A DNA stretch of 64,000 bases from the human T2T-CHM13v2.0 reference genome, Homo sapiens (GCF_009914755.1 NC_060947.1), one strand, 5' to 3'. Positions 33,838-47,328 are shown, counted from the stretch's first letter. Notes: generated from the sequence alone by a model not told the origin. Made by a program: numbers and translations.

Positions 33838-34852
33838 TTACAATTTGGCATATTTTTGCAGTGGCTGGTACCTGTTGTTCCTTTCCATGTTTAGTGCTAT
33901 CTTCAGGAGCTCTTTTAGGTCAGGCCTGGTGGTGACAGAATCTCTCAGCATTTGCTTATCTGTAAAGTATTTTATTTCTCCTTCACTTATGAAGCTTAGT
34001 TTGGCTGGATATGAAATTCTGGGTTGAAAATTCTTTTCTTTAAGAATGTTGAATATTGGCCCCCACTCTCTTCTGGCTTGTAGAGTTTCTGCCAAGAGAT
34101 CAGCTGTTAGTCTGATGGGCTTCCCTTTGTGGGTAACCCGACCTTTCTCTCTGGCTGCCCTTAACGTTTTTTCCTTCATTTCAACTTTGGTGAATCTGAC
34201 AATTGTGTGTCTCGGAGTTGCTCTTCTCGAGGAGTATCTTTGTGGTGTTCTCTTTATTTCCTGAATCTGAATGTTGGCCTGCCTTGCTAGATTAGGGAAG
34301 TTCTCCTGGATAATATCCTGCAGAGTGTTTTCCAACTTGGTTCCATTCTCCCCGTCACTTTCAGATACACCAATCAGACGTAGATTTCGTCTTTTCACAG
34401 TCCCATATTTCTTGGAGGCTTTGTTCATTTCTTTTTATTCTTTTTTCTCTAAACTTCTCTTCTCGCTTCATTTCATTCATTTGATCTTCCATCACTGATA
34501 CCCTTTCTTCCAGTTGATCAAATCAGCTACTGCGGCTTGTGCATTTGTCACGTAGTTCTCGTGCCGTGGTTTTCAGCTCCATCAGGTCCTTTAAGGACTT
34601 CTCTGCATTGGTTATTCTAGTTAGCTATTCGTCTAATCTTTTTTCAAGGTTTTTAACTTCTTTGCCATGGGTTCGAACTTCCTCCTTTAGCTCGGAGTAG
34701 TTTGATCATCTGAAGCCTTCTTCTCTCAACTCGTCAAAGTCATTCTCCGTCCAGCTTTGTTCCATTGCTGGTGATGAGCTGCGTTCCTTTGGAGGAGGAG
34801 AGGTGCTCTGATTTTCAGAATTTTCAGTTTTTCTGCTCTGTTTTTTCCCCAT
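33838..34852 (-). pseudogene. L1 ORF1, disrupted
   Basis: MGKKQSRKTENSENQ start at 34852, premature stop and frameshift, C-terminus RNNRYQPLQKYAKL. Confidence 0.95.
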
Positions 34853-35267
34853 CTTTGTGGTTTTATCTACCTTTGGTCTTTGATGACGGTGACCTACAGA
34901 TGGGGTTTTGGTGTGGATGTCCTTTCTGTTTGTTAGTTTTCCTTCCAACAGTCAGGACCCTCAGCTGCAGGTCTGTTGGAGTTTGCTGGAGGTCCACTCC
35001 AGACCCTGTTTGCCTGGGTATCAGCAGCAGAGGCTGCAGAACAGCGGATATTGGTGAACAGCAAATGTTGCTGCCTGATCGTTGCTCTGGAAGTTTTGTC
35101 TCAGAGGAGTACCCGGCCGTGTGGGGTGTCAGTCCACCCCTACTGGGGGGTGCCTCCCAGTTAGGCTACTCAGGGGTCAGGGACCCACTTGAGGAGGCAG
35201 TCTGTCCATTCTCAGATCTCAAGCTGCATGCTGGGAGAATCACTACTCGATGCTCAAATTTTTAAAA

Positions 35268-36200
35268 CCTTTTTATTTTGAGATAATTTTAGGTTTTCGA
35301 AAAAGTTGCAAAAACACTGCAGAGAACTAACTGCAGCACACCCATAAGCCAGCTTACCCGATGTCAACCTCTGCATAACCATGGTACAGTTCTCAAAATT
35401 AAGAAATTAACCTTGGTACAATACTATTAACTAAACTATAGACTTTATTTAGATTTTACCAGTTTTTCCACTGATGTCTTTTTTCCATTTTAGATCCAAT
35501 CCAGCATATCCCTTTGCATTTAGTCATCATATCTCCTTAAGTATCCTCCAGTCTATGATACTTGATCAAAACAGCACCCATCAGTTATTTTGTAGAATGT
35601 GCCTCAAATTTGATTTGGTCTGATTTTTTTCTCGTGATTAGATTGAAGTTATACATTATTGGGAAGGCCACCACAGAGGTGATGTGCCTTTCTCACTCTG
35701 TTGTATCAGGGGATACATGATATTCATATGTATTACTGGGTATGTTAACCTTAATCACCTGGCTAAAGTGATTTCTACCAGGATTCCCTACCAGCAACTT
35801 ATAATTCCCTCTTCCCCACCTTGTTAATTACTAAATATTTTAGGAAAAATACTTTGAGAATACGCAAACATCCTATTCTGCTTAAGCTTTTGCTCACTCA
35901 TTATCACATCCATTGATAGATTCCTCCTGTGGCATTTATCACTGTGGTGTTCTAATGGTGATATTGCTTCCTTCATCCCTCCTACATCTATTTAATTGGA
36001 ATTTTTCTCTCTCATTCACTTATTCATTCGATTATTTATATCAGAATGAATTCATAAATTTTATTTTATGCTTTAAGGTATAATCTAATACTCTCAATAT
36101 TTATTGCTCGTTGCTCAAATTGCTGCAATTTTGACCATTGGGAACTTTCTCAGGTTGGCTCCTGTGTCCTTTCAATATGCCCCTGTTATTTTTTTTTTAA
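35268..36200 (-). mobile_element. Old L1M (L1MB/MC-like) 3'UTR
   Basis: ttttattttgagataattttaggtttt...aagttgcaaaaa 3' end. Confidence 0.7.
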
Positions 36201-36256
36201 GGCTGCCTAACTTTTATTTAAAAGGGGGTGTGTTTCTGGGTTGCTACAATATTGAA

Positions 36257-36432
36257 AGTTTGGTTTTCAACCAAGGGCAATTTTGCCTGATCTCTCAGGG
36301 TAAATTTAGCAATAAGTGGAGATATTTTTGGTTGTCATAACTGCCAAGCATCCTACAGTGCATAGTACAGCCTCCCACAGCAAAGAATTTTCCTGTCCAA
36401 AATGTCAGTAGTGCTGAGGTTGAGAAGCTCTG
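36257..36432 (+). mobile_element. MER20 (internally deleted)
   Basis: ggttttcaacc...gtcagtagtgctgaggttgagaagctctg. Confidence 0.8.
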
Positions 36433-36569
36433 GTCTAGAGCATTATTTTCTTGATGCTCAGATGTATGGTAGCAAAACCAAATATTGTGAGGAATAAAAA
36501 TGCTTTTTAAAAGTATATTTTTAAAGTATTAAACATTTTGTGCTTGGAAGAATATTTAAAAAGTAATAT

Positions 36570-39500
36570 AATAGGAGACTTTCTCTTCCATCCATGATAG
36601 AATATCAGGGACTAATTACCTTCCATCTTAAACAACTAGAAAACCAGAGAGAAAATATGAAATAATGGCTTTTAGACATTGGACAACAGGCAGTACAAAA
36701 GTACAAGATGGTGATTCCTGACAGAGAGAATACAAGTAAGGTGAGCCCTATGATTTTCGTAGCTTATTGCCTGGAGTAATTTTCTAGGCTGCAGCAGAGA
36801 AAGAGAGGACCAAAACCAATCCTAGAGCTCTTGATCAGTAAGGCAGACAAAGATTAGAGTCCAGGGAGACCACGAAGGCTGGAAATTGCAGGGAGCAAGA
36901 TTTGTATAGAGAAAGCTCCAGAGATGTGCAGAGGGTCCCCTCTAGTCTTTGGCTGAATTCTGACCTGCAGCTCATGTATGAGGAAAAAAAAATCTACCCT
37001 TGGGCAGTGATAGACCATGAGAAAACAATAGACTGAAAAATTAACAGGGCTCACACAGGTCTGGGAATAGACCTGTAATACCTGGAGTAGGAACTACAAT
37101 GTTCCAAAGGATATTGTCTTAGTAGTAGGGCTTAGTTATTTGTAGACTAAAGGCTGCTATGGACCTGCCTTGAACAAAGCTTAAAAGTAAGCCTTGAAAG
37201 AATCAGATACCATATAAGTTGACTGCATCCCAGAACAAAACCCACCAATATTTAAAGGAATGCAACAAAATCCACCACCCAACTGTGTAAAATCCACTTT
37301 GTACAGCACCCAAGAAAACATTATTGGCCATGCAAAAAAAAAAACCTGTGGAATATGATTCTTAACCAGGATAGATGACAATCAATAAAAATAGACTTTG
37401 AAATGACAGAGATGATGGCATTAGCAGACAAGAAAGTTAAAACAGCTTTTATAAATATGCTCTATATGATTATGAAGGTGGAGAAAACATGGATATGGCT
37501 AAGAGAAAAATGGAAGATATAAAAAAGCCAAAATCAAACTAGTAGAGATGACAGATACAATATATGAAATGAAAAATGTACTGGATGAGATTAACAGTGT
37601 AGAAACTGCAGCAGATTAGTCAACTTGAAGTCATAGCAATAAAAATTACTCAAAATGATGAACAGACAGAAAAGACTGAAAAAAAAGAACATAACATGAG
37701 TGACGTGGGGCAACATAAAGGGATCTAGCATGCATAATTGGAGCAGCAGGAGGGGGAGAGGGCAGAAAAATATTTGAAAAGTAAGGCTGGGAAATGTTTA
37801 AATTTTATGAAAACTAAATATTCTTTTATCCAATAATCTCACCAAACTCCAACAAAATAAATGTAAAGAAAACTACATTATGACACATCATGATCAAATT
37901 ATTGAAAAATAATTGTGGATAAAGAAAAATGTTAAAAGCAACCAGAGGAAAAGAGACATGGTGCAATGAGTAATAAAGATAAGAATTACATCAGACTTCT
38001 TGCCAGAAACCATGCAAGCTAGAAGACAATGTAGTGACATCATAAATGTACTGAAGGAAAAAACTGTCATCAGAAATCTAAACCCAATGAAATCATTTTC
38101 AAAAATGAAGAGGAAATAAATACTTTTCCGACAAAAACTGAGAGAATCATCATGAACAGATAATGCACTACAATACTAAAGGAAGTTCTTCAGACAAAAT
38201 GAAAAGGGTAATAAATGAAAATTTGGATCAAACAAAAGTTTGAGTCCTGAGACTGGTAAACATGTGAGTATATTTAAAGATATTTTAAAATTATTTGTAT
38301 ATTCCCATTAAATGAAAATTGTCTAAATGAAAAATAATAACACTGTATTGTGATGTAATATGTTTCTACATTTTATAAATGTAGAAATAAAATGTATGAC
38401 AACAATAACATAAAGGACAGAAGGGGAAATGGAAGTATAATGTTGTAAATTCCTATACATGAAGTGGTATAATATTGCTTGAAGGTAGATTGTGCTAAGG
38501 TAAACATTTTAATGCTTGAAGGTAGATTGTGCTAAGGTAAACATTTTAATGCTTGAAGGTAGATTGTGCTAAGGTAAACATTTTAATGTAAATTGTGGAG
38601 CAAGAAATAAAAATAAAAAAGAGAGCCTATGAAGCCAATACTGGATATAAAAGGGAATAATAAAAACAATTAAAACAGAAGTCCTGGAAAGAGAGAGCAA
38701 GGAAGAAGACCAGATTGGGTAAATAGAAATTAGATAGCAAGGTTGTAGACTTAGGTCCAATAAAATGAATAATTTAATTAAATGTAAAAACCTGAACAAT
38801 TAAATTAAAGATCTGAATCCAATTAAAAGATAAAGATTGTCAGTTTGGTGAAAAGGCAAGACCCAACTATATGTTGTCTATAATAAACCCATTTTAGATA
38901 TAAATATACACATAGCTTAAAATGGATGGGAAAAGATATAGCAAGCAAATACTAATGAAAACAAAGCTGGAGTGGCTATATTAATATCAGGCAAAGTAGA
39001 TTTTGGTACAATGAATATTACTAGGGATAAAGAGAAATAGTTCATAATGATAAAACAATCGGTTCATCAAAAGGACATAATAGCCCTAAATGTGTCTGGA
39101 CCTAATAGCAGAGCTTCAAAGATGTAAAGCAAAAACTGATAGAACTGTAAGGAAAAATAGTCAAGTCTAAAATTATAGTTAGGGACTTCGACATTCCTCT
39201 CTCATTTATTGATGGAACAAATAGAAAGTAAATCAGTTCGGATAAAGAATAATTAAATTACAGTATCAACCAAATTGATCTAATTGACTTTTATCGGACA
39301 TTATACCCAATGAGAGCAGAATATACATTATTTTCAGGTGCACACAGAACATTCTCTAAGAAAGACCATATTCTGGACTGTAAAAAAGCCTCCATAAATT
39401 TAACAGAGTTTTAAATAATGCAAAGGATGTTCTCTAATCACCAAGCAACCAAACAAGCCATCAATAACAAATAGTTAACACTAAAAGAAAAAAACTAAGT

Positions 39501-40750
39501 TTACTGTATGATAATTTAAATAATAAAGTTAAAAAATATAACAGGGCTGTAAAAAAAATAGATATCTGAAAAATTCTCAGTACATGTTTTTAACAGCTTT
39601 TAAAAAATATAATTCACAAGCCATACAATTCACTCATTTAAAATGTACAATTTGATGGTTTTTAGCACAGTGTATTCACAGATATGTGCAACCATCACCC
39701 CTGTATCCTTTAGTTATCACGCTTTCATCTCTCCACCCCACTCAGAGCAATCACTAATTCATTTTCTGTTTGTAGATTTCCTTATTGTGGACTTCCATAA
39801 GAATGAAACCATATGGTATGTAGTCTTTTGTGACTGGATTCTTTTACTTAGTGTAGTGTTTTCAAGGCTATTTCATGTTGCAGCATATATCTATACTTCA
39901 TTTTTTGTGTCTGAATAACATTCCATAATATAGATACACCACATTTTGCTTATCCACTCATCTATTGATGGTAATTTGGGTTGTTTCCACTTTTTGACTA
40001 TGATAAATAATGCTGGTATAAAAATTTGTATACAGGTTTCTGTGTGGGCATATGTTCTCATTTTTCTTGGGAATTAACTGGACCATTTTATAACTGTGTT
40101 TATTTTTTTAGGAACTGTCAGAAGGTGTTCCAAAGTGGTTGCACCATCTTCCATTCCCACTAACAGTGTATAGGGGTTCTGATTTCTCTGCATATTCCCC
40201 AACACGTGCTGTTATCTGACTTTTTTATTCTAGCCATTTTAGTGGATGTGAAGTGATATCTCATTGTGGTTTTGACTTCTATTTCTCTGATGACTAGTGA
40301 TGTTGAACATCTTTTCATATACTTATTGGCCATTTGGATATCTTATCTGGAGAAATACTTGTTTAGACCCTGTGCCCCTTTATAATAGGGTTATTTATAT
40401 TTTTATTCTTGAGTTGTAAGAGTGCTTTATATGTTCTAGATACAAGTCCCTTATCAGATATATGATTTGCAAATATCTCGTCCCATTATGTGGGCTGTCT
40501 TTCCACTTTCTTGATGGTGTCAATATATAAATATCCAACCACACATTCCTAAAAAACCCATGGGTCAAAAAACAAATTTCAAGAGAAGTTAGAAAATGTT
40601 TTAAATTAAATGAAAATAAAAACACAGTATGACAAAATTTGTGGAGTGCAGCTAAAACAAGACTTATGAAGAAAATTTTTGAATTCAGTGCTAATTTAGA
40701 AAAGAAGAAACATCTGAAAGGAACTATCTAAACTTCCACTTTAAGCAACT
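36570..40750 (+). mobile_element. Old L1M 5'UTR-ORF1-ORF2 start, interrupted by a - strand L1MB fragment (about 39585-40522)
   Basis: ORF1/EN-domain text (aagacccaactatatgttgtc, aaagctggagtggctatattaatatcag) resuming at about 40525. Confidence 0.8.
38476..38588 (+). repeat. 37-bp unit x3 perfect tandem repeat
   Basis: tgcttgaaggtagattgtgctaaggtaaacattttaa, three identical copies. Confidence 0.95.
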
Positions 40751-41196
40751 CTAATAGGCATTGTCAGATTGGTCTCCAAAACAGTTATGCTAGTTTATGC
40801 TTCCAGCAGCACTGCTTGTTCACATTATAAGCAACACACCTGATACTGTTAGACTTTAATATTTTGCCAAATAGATGGGTGTGAAATATATCTTCTTGCT
40901 TTAGTTTTTATTTCCCTGATTACTAGGGAGTTGTTTCATCTTTTCTCTCATGAAAAGAATGGTTTTTTGAGGGATCTCTTAAGCCTCCTGAAAGTCGTCT
41001 CATCTCCATGGATCTAACTTAACAAAGGTCATATATAATAATACTTATGATGAAGTACCTTGAACTTCATGCCTATGTGTAGAATTTAGACTGTTATGTT
41101 CCATAATTTTCAATTGTGCATTTAAGATCGACCCAGTGGTGTTTGTCTACTGTGTTCTTTTGTATTTTTATTGTCATATCAACTTGTTTGCTCCAG

Positions 41197-41437
41197 GTCC
41201 TAGGCATGCCAGGACTTGTCACAAAAACCCACGCTACAGAAGAATAATAAGAGCCTAAAGAGTTCCATTTCTTTGTATAGATTGAAAGGGAACATTTATA
41301 AGGGTCTTGATAACCATAGAATGACAACTATGTTGTAAGTTTCTCTTTTATTTTGCTTTTTCCATTTTCATATTGTTCTGGAGCTGTTGTTTAGATACAT
41401 ACAGTAGATCATGGAAGACCATGACTACATGATGCCT
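41197..41437 (+). other. Two phase-compatible exon-like blocks possibly upstream of the RIIa-like remnant
   Basis: 41197-41334 (ttgctccag / gtaagt, 138 nt, one stop) and 41395-41437 (tttag / gtatgt) encoding YIQ*IMEDHDYMMP; ATG in atcATGg context; ends in phase 0, matching the 43493 acceptor. Confidence 0.3.
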
Positions 41438-41629
41438 GTATGTGAATATTCCTAAGTATTTAGATACATGACCAAATTGTTCTGTGTTCATTTAGATGTG
41501 TCAGTGCGGACTTTAGCCAAGATTTCATAGTCTACTATTCCATTTGTCTCTGTTATGGAACAGAAACTTTTCAGCTCTGTACTGCTTCCCTCCATACCTG
41601 GACACCTAGGATGGTTCTTTGCAATTAAT

Positions 41630-42940
41630 CAATTTTATTTCTTAGGGTAGTTTTAGGTTTACAGAAAAATAGAGCAGAAAGAACAGAGGGCTCTCATATA
41701 CTCCCTCTGTTTCCCCTATTATTAACATCTTGCACTGGTGTAGTATATTTATTACAATTGGTGACCCATTATTGGTACATTATCACTAACTCAAATCTAT
41801 AGTTTGAGATTCACCTTTTGAATTTTGTCAAATACGTAATGTCACGTATTCACCATTACAGAATCATACAGAATTGCTTTACTGCCCTAAGTATCCCCTC
41901 TGCTGCATTCCTCCAAAACTTCCTCCTCCCCTCAAACTCCTGCCAACCACTGATTTTTTTTCTTACAGAGATAGTTTGACTTCCTCTCTTTCTGTTTGAA
42001 TGCCTTTTTAAAGAATCTTACTTTAAGTTCTGGATACATGTGCAGAACATGCAGGTTTGTTACATAGGTATACACGTGCCATGGTGGTTTGCTGCACCCA
42101 TCAACCCGTCATCTAGGTTTTAAGCCCTGCATGCATTAGGTATTTGTCCTAATGCTCTCCCTCCCTTTGGACCCCACCCCTACAACAGGCCCTGGTGTGT
42201 GATGTTCCCCTTCCTGTGTCCATGTGTTCTCATTGTTCAGCTCCCACTTATAAATAAGAACATGCAGTGTTTGGTTTTCTGTTCCTATGTTAGTTTGCTG
42301 AGGATGACGGTTTCCAGCTTCATCCATGTCCCTGCAAAGGAGATGAACTCATCCTTTTTTATGGCTGCATAGTATTCCATGGTGTATATGTGCCACATTT
42401 TCTTTATCCAGGCTATCATTGATGGACATTTGGGTTGGTTCCAAGTCTTTGCTATTGTAAATAGTGCTGCAGTAAACATACATGTGCATGTATCTTTATA
42501 GCAGAATGATTTATAATCCTTTGGGAATATACCCAGTAATGGGATTGCTGGATCAAATGGTATTTCTGGTTCTAGATCCTTGAGGAATCACCACACTGTC
42601 TTTCACAATGGTTGAACTAATTTACACTCCCACCAACAGTGTAAAAGCATACCTATTTCTCCACAGCCTCTCTAGCATCTGTTGTTTCCTGACTTTATAA
42701 TGATCACCATTCTAAGTGGCGTGAGATGGTATCTCATTGAACCACTGATATTTTTTCATCTCCATAATTTGTCATTTCCATAATGTCTTATAAATGGAAC
42801 AATACAATATGTAGTCTTTTTAGGCTGGCTTCTTTCACTTAGTGATATGCATTTAAGGTCCCTCCATGTTTTTTCATGGCTTGATGGCTCACTTATTTTT
42901 TATCATTAAATAGTATTCTATTATATGGATGTACCACTTA
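41630..42940 (-). mobile_element. Old L1M 3'UTR with nested L1PA
   Basis: gtagttttaggtttacagaaaaa 3' end; host continues after 42750. Confidence 0.7.
41955..42739 (-). mobile_element. L1PA7/8-like 3' fragment with extra 3' segment
   Basis: TSD aaccactgat (41945-41954, 42740-42749); ctaggttttaagccctgcatgc type 3'UTR. Confidence 0.9.
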
Positions 42941-43492
42941 GGCCTGTTCTTAACCTGTTGCGCTTTGATGGATCATTTAACTGTGATGACAGACAACTCC
43001 CAATTCTAAATCACAAAACCCTTCATGTTCAACCATAGTCAAGTGCCTATTTGAACAACCACTTCATTTAGACTCATTTACTGGCTAATGTAAACAATTG
43101 ATCATTTGGGTAAGAAAAGAAATTAGCCAAATTAATGGTCACTAATTCAAACATCCAATTCCATCAAAATGGTCACACTGGTTGAATGTATCGGCCTAGT
43201 CTGAGAGACAGACAGCATGGTCTAGTGGAAAGAGCCCTGGCCCAGGAGTCAAGAGCTCTACATTATACTCACAGCTCTTCCACTGACCTGTCCTAGCTAC
43301 CCTCCTCTGTGGACCCTGGTCTTTGAAGGCTTTGCCTGCTCTGCTGAGCACAAATTCCATAAGAACTGTAAGTCCTCCCTTACTGGTCAGCTCTCCTATC
43401 TGTAACATTGGGATGCCATTTATATGCCAGAGCATATATGCTGGGATGGTAGGACCATGCATTCATAGACACAGGACTTAGCTTCTTGCCAG

Positions 43493-43753
43493 GGGATGGA
43501 ACTCATGCTGCATGTCCCTGAGGGCTTTGCAGAACTTCTTCAGAGATGAGCTCGTGATACACACTCATCCTAAGTCCTGTTGGAGATAGGCAAAGAGTGA
43601 CTCTCTGAAAGCAGGATTTTCCTTGACACTGAAAAGGGGCTTTTTCTCTTGTAGTATTATTAAGCCAAAATTGATCCAAAGCCATTGGGGATTAATGCTG
43701 CTAGATGGAGCTGTTCTTTTTAGATGAACTCTCCTCCCCTTCTTCTTGACAAC
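43493..43753 (+). pseudogene. Decayed exons encoding an RIIa-type dimerization/docking domain (SPA17/CABYR/ROPN1-like)
   Basis: Acceptor ttcttgccag then GMELMLHVPEGFAELLQR*ARD..VLLEIGKE, matching the SPA17 motif YRIPQGFGNLLEGLTRE..LLEKREK (recalled). Next block after ttttctcttgtag has AKIDPKPLG~TNFDPAEWG and ends at a gtaagt donor. Confidence 0.55.
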
Positions 43754-44179
43754 GTAAGTCCCAATGAGCTACTGCACTTCCTAAGTTTAAATTCCTCTTT
43801 GCTATCGGGAACCAACTTCCACGAGTGCTTCTAAAGTTTTAGATTTAAATATTGGCTGCTTTTCACAACGAAGTCTCCCCACCTTTCATTCCGTTTGTCT
43901 TTTGTGAGGCAGAGGGTCTTTCTGCAGTGTTAAAACAGAAGCTTGACATTCGTTCCTTCTTTTGCAAATTAATATATTTTTTCCTGAGAGACTCTTCACT
44001 ACACGCAGGGCCCTGACTCTGGGCTAGGCTTGGCAGTAGGTTTTGTGGAGAGAAGTAGAAGTTCCTCTGACTTTGGAGAGCACACAGTCTGAGAAGGAGA
44101 CTGACAAATGTATACAGCAGACAGAGCCAGACAGTTTGGGATTTTGGCTAGGAGGCTCATCATATCCCCAGCTGCCCAG

Positions 44180-44660
44180 CTAAAAACTTCCCATTCTCCC
44201 TCAGCTGCCACTCACCATTGGACCTCCGAGGTTCAGACCACTCATCTCACATGGGTGCCAGCAAAAGCTCCACCCCTTGTTTCCCTTGCTCCAGGCTGTC
44301 TCCTCCACTGCCCATGATTTAAAGGCTGTTCTTCCCACCGCAAAGTCATGCCTCCTGCTCACAAGGCCTGGATCTGTACTGACTTTGGAATGAAATCCCA
44401 ACCCCTAGGCCTAGTGTTCACACTCTGGCATTCTACCTCCTGGTTACCTCTCCAGATGACTGGGCCACCACCTTCCACAGCTCCTGATGCTTCAGCTATA
44501 CCAGACCTCCTTCTGTTCCCTGAACATCTCATTTACCTGTACATTGCTTTACTTTGTTTATATCTGGAGTTCTCCCTTCCCCTACTGTCTTTTCCTTTTC
44601 ATTCTTCAAGCTGCAGTTCCAACATCACCACTTTGTGACACCTTCTCTAATTCCTGGAGA
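44180..44660 (+). mobile_element. L2 fragment
   Basis: L2 3' body text (cttcagctataccagacctccttctgttccctgaaca). Confidence 0.6.
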
Positions 44661-45135
44661 GTTAGTTTCCTTTCAGGTAATGGCAGAGTGATGCCAGACC
44701 CTGGTTCTGAGGGCCTTTGCCCCATGCTGTTTGGTGAAGAGAACTGGAACTAAGCATTTCCCAGAGTGACCTAAAGTCTCCAGGAACACGTGCTACCTAG
44801 GATCTCTGCTGGCTCCTTGTTCACAACTATCCCTGCAGGCAGATGCAGCTGCTCACATGCTCTGGCAGGAGCACAGCCATCTTCTGTAAGGAAGGATGTC
44901 CTCTTTGACTGGCAGAAAGCCCAGGGAGGGAGGGGCCAGTAAGCAGGCCTCCTCAGACCTATCCAGAGAGGAATGGGGCAGAGATGGCCTCCCAGCCTAA
45001 TATTCTCTCCACATCCACCCTGGGAAAGGCCGCCACATACAGCAGCTCTTGACTGATTATCCACTGAGCTGGTGCTGGGCTACACTCCGCAAGGCATTTA
45101 TGGCCCAATGGGGAACATAGATCTCTGTATATTGG

Positions 45136-45528
45136 TGTATTCATTTGCTCAGGCTGCCATAACAAAGTAGCACAGTCTGGGCGGCCTGAACAACAGAAAT
45201 GGATTTTCTCCCAGTTCCAGAGGCTAGAAGTCTGAGATCAAGGTTTCACCAAGGTTGGTTCCTTCAGAGTGCTGTGAGGGAAGGATGTGTTTCAGACCTC
45301 TCTCCTTGGCTTCTGATGGTTGTCTTCTCCCTGTGTCTCTTCACGTCATCTTCCCTCTGTGTGTGTCTCTGTGTCTTCATTTCACCCTTTTATAAGAACA
45401 CCAGTCATACTGGATTAAGGCCCACCCTAGTGGCCCTATTTTAACTTAATTGCCTCTTTGCAGACCCTCTGTCCGAATACAGGACTTCAACATACAAACA
45501 TAGGGGGACCACAGTTCATCCCATAACA
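45136..45528 (-). mobile_element. MLT1 (MLT1B/C-like) solo LTR
   Basis: tgtattcatttgctcaggctgccataacaaa...catcccataaca; 5-bp TSD attgg/atggg. Confidence 0.85.
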
Positions 45529-46769
45529 ATGGGTAATGAAAGTTTAGGATAATAAGGGCCATAATGGGGGAGGGTCTGCACAGAATATTGTTGGGACACA
45601 GAACAGGCTGCCCTATTCTGGCCTAGACTCTCTCGACCACATCACACATTGCCAGTTAGGACTACCAAGTCCTGCCTTTAATTGAGCAGAGTACTTGTAA
45701 GAGGCACAGATAGGTTTAAGCCCACAGCCATATGGTTCCATGTAATTATTTGTCAGTTCAGCCATGGAGTGTTCTAGTTGAGAAGCCCATGCTCCTTGCT
45801 TTCTCTGATCTGGCCCAGGTCCCCTTTGGGAGGAGAAGAGATCTCCATGAGCCTCTTCTGACTTCTCTCTTTCCCTGCCTAGCCTGGAAAAATTGAAGGA
45901 ACATAAGCTGAGGGTACAGAGAGATATGAATTCAAATTTTAGTTAGCCTACTTACTATTTTTATTTATATTATGAACAGACAAATCATATCCCTGCATGA
46001 GCCTCAATTCCCTCTTCCATAAAATGGGATGATAATTATTTTCAGGCATGATTATGAAAATAAAATGAGGATATTTGGTGAAAGACAATGGGTCCAGCCT
46101 AGCCTGGAGTGTCTTGATCTCTGTCCTGGCATAGCCTGGTATGGAGTCTGACATGGGACCACACCCAAGCCAATGAGGGTCAACTGCATGAAGCATAAGT
46201 GACTGAATAGATGGATGAGGGAGAGCAGTGCTCTCCTGCTGCAAGTCCTTCTGCCAGTTGTGCCCATGAATTCAGGTTAAGGGTCTGTGTGTCCTTTTTA
46301 CACCACGGCTAAAGGGAAAAATGATTTCCTCCCTTTATGGAGGGGATGGGAGAAGAAAATAGGGGATTGGGAAAGATGGGTAAAAGGCCCAGGAAATATC
46401 ATTGATCTGCTTCTCATGTACCCATGTGGAATGTCACAAGCAGGGTCAGGCTGCGGAGCTGAGTGTTAGACCAGGGCTGGGGGATGTGGGAGCAGAGGGA
46501 TGGGACTGGGAGCCTAAGTTCAGATTGCTGAGGGCAAGGAAGTGAGGGCAAGCAGCAAGCACGGGTTTGTGGGAAGAAAGGGCTGTGTTCCCCCACTCTC
46601 TCCACCTTATAGCCTAGCATGGAGTAGCTAGATGGCCAATGCCAAGAGGCTGAAGGTTGTGCCAACAGCTACACTTCCCTCTGACTTGCTTTCTGAAAGT
46701 CAAGAAGGGTCTTTTAGGCCTGTGTTATGCTGTAATCAGGTACTCTCATTTCATGGTCACAAGCACTAC

Positions 46770-47090
46770 ACCTGATAAATAAGTACTCCAGGAAGCAGTA
46801 GAGCTTGGATTTGAACCCATGTATCTCTGATCCTAGAGCCTGCCTCCTATCCACTAGGGTATACTGTCTATAATGAAGAAAGAATGGGATAGGAAGGGAG
46901 AATACCTGGGTTTGAGGCCTAACTCTGTCATATTCTGGCTGTGTGACCATAGGAAGTTATTTATGTGCTCTGAGCCTCCACTTCATCATCAGTTAAATGG
47001 GGATAATACTCCCCCTCACACACACTACATGTACATACACAGGTCACTGGGAAAGTTAATCAAGGGAGCATGAGGGAAATGCTCTGTAAA
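46770..47090. mobile_element. Two adjacent MIR fragments in opposite orientation
   Basis: ggatttgaacccatgtatctctga (-) and cctgggtttgaggcc...gagcctcc (+). Confidence 0.6.
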
Positions 47091-47328
47091 GTATGCCCCA
47101 AGTTAGCCTATGGCCTGGTGTCCTATGTGGCACACAGGCTAACCTTCAGGTGCCACTTCACTTCCTTCGTGAAAGTCCCACCCTAGTTTGAAGTCACTCT
47201 GCAATGCAAATTCTGAGAACCCCTGGCCTCTCAGAGTCGCAGCTAGGTTCTCCTTTCAAAACTCCCTTTTGGGTTATCAGCAGGTACTGCCCCCTTCTCT
47301 CCCCTTCCTCCCCCCATGCTCTCTCATG

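Noticed and set aside
38476-38588. 37-bp repeats as a CRISPR array
   Set aside because: Head-to-tail with no spacers, inside an L1 in a primate genome.
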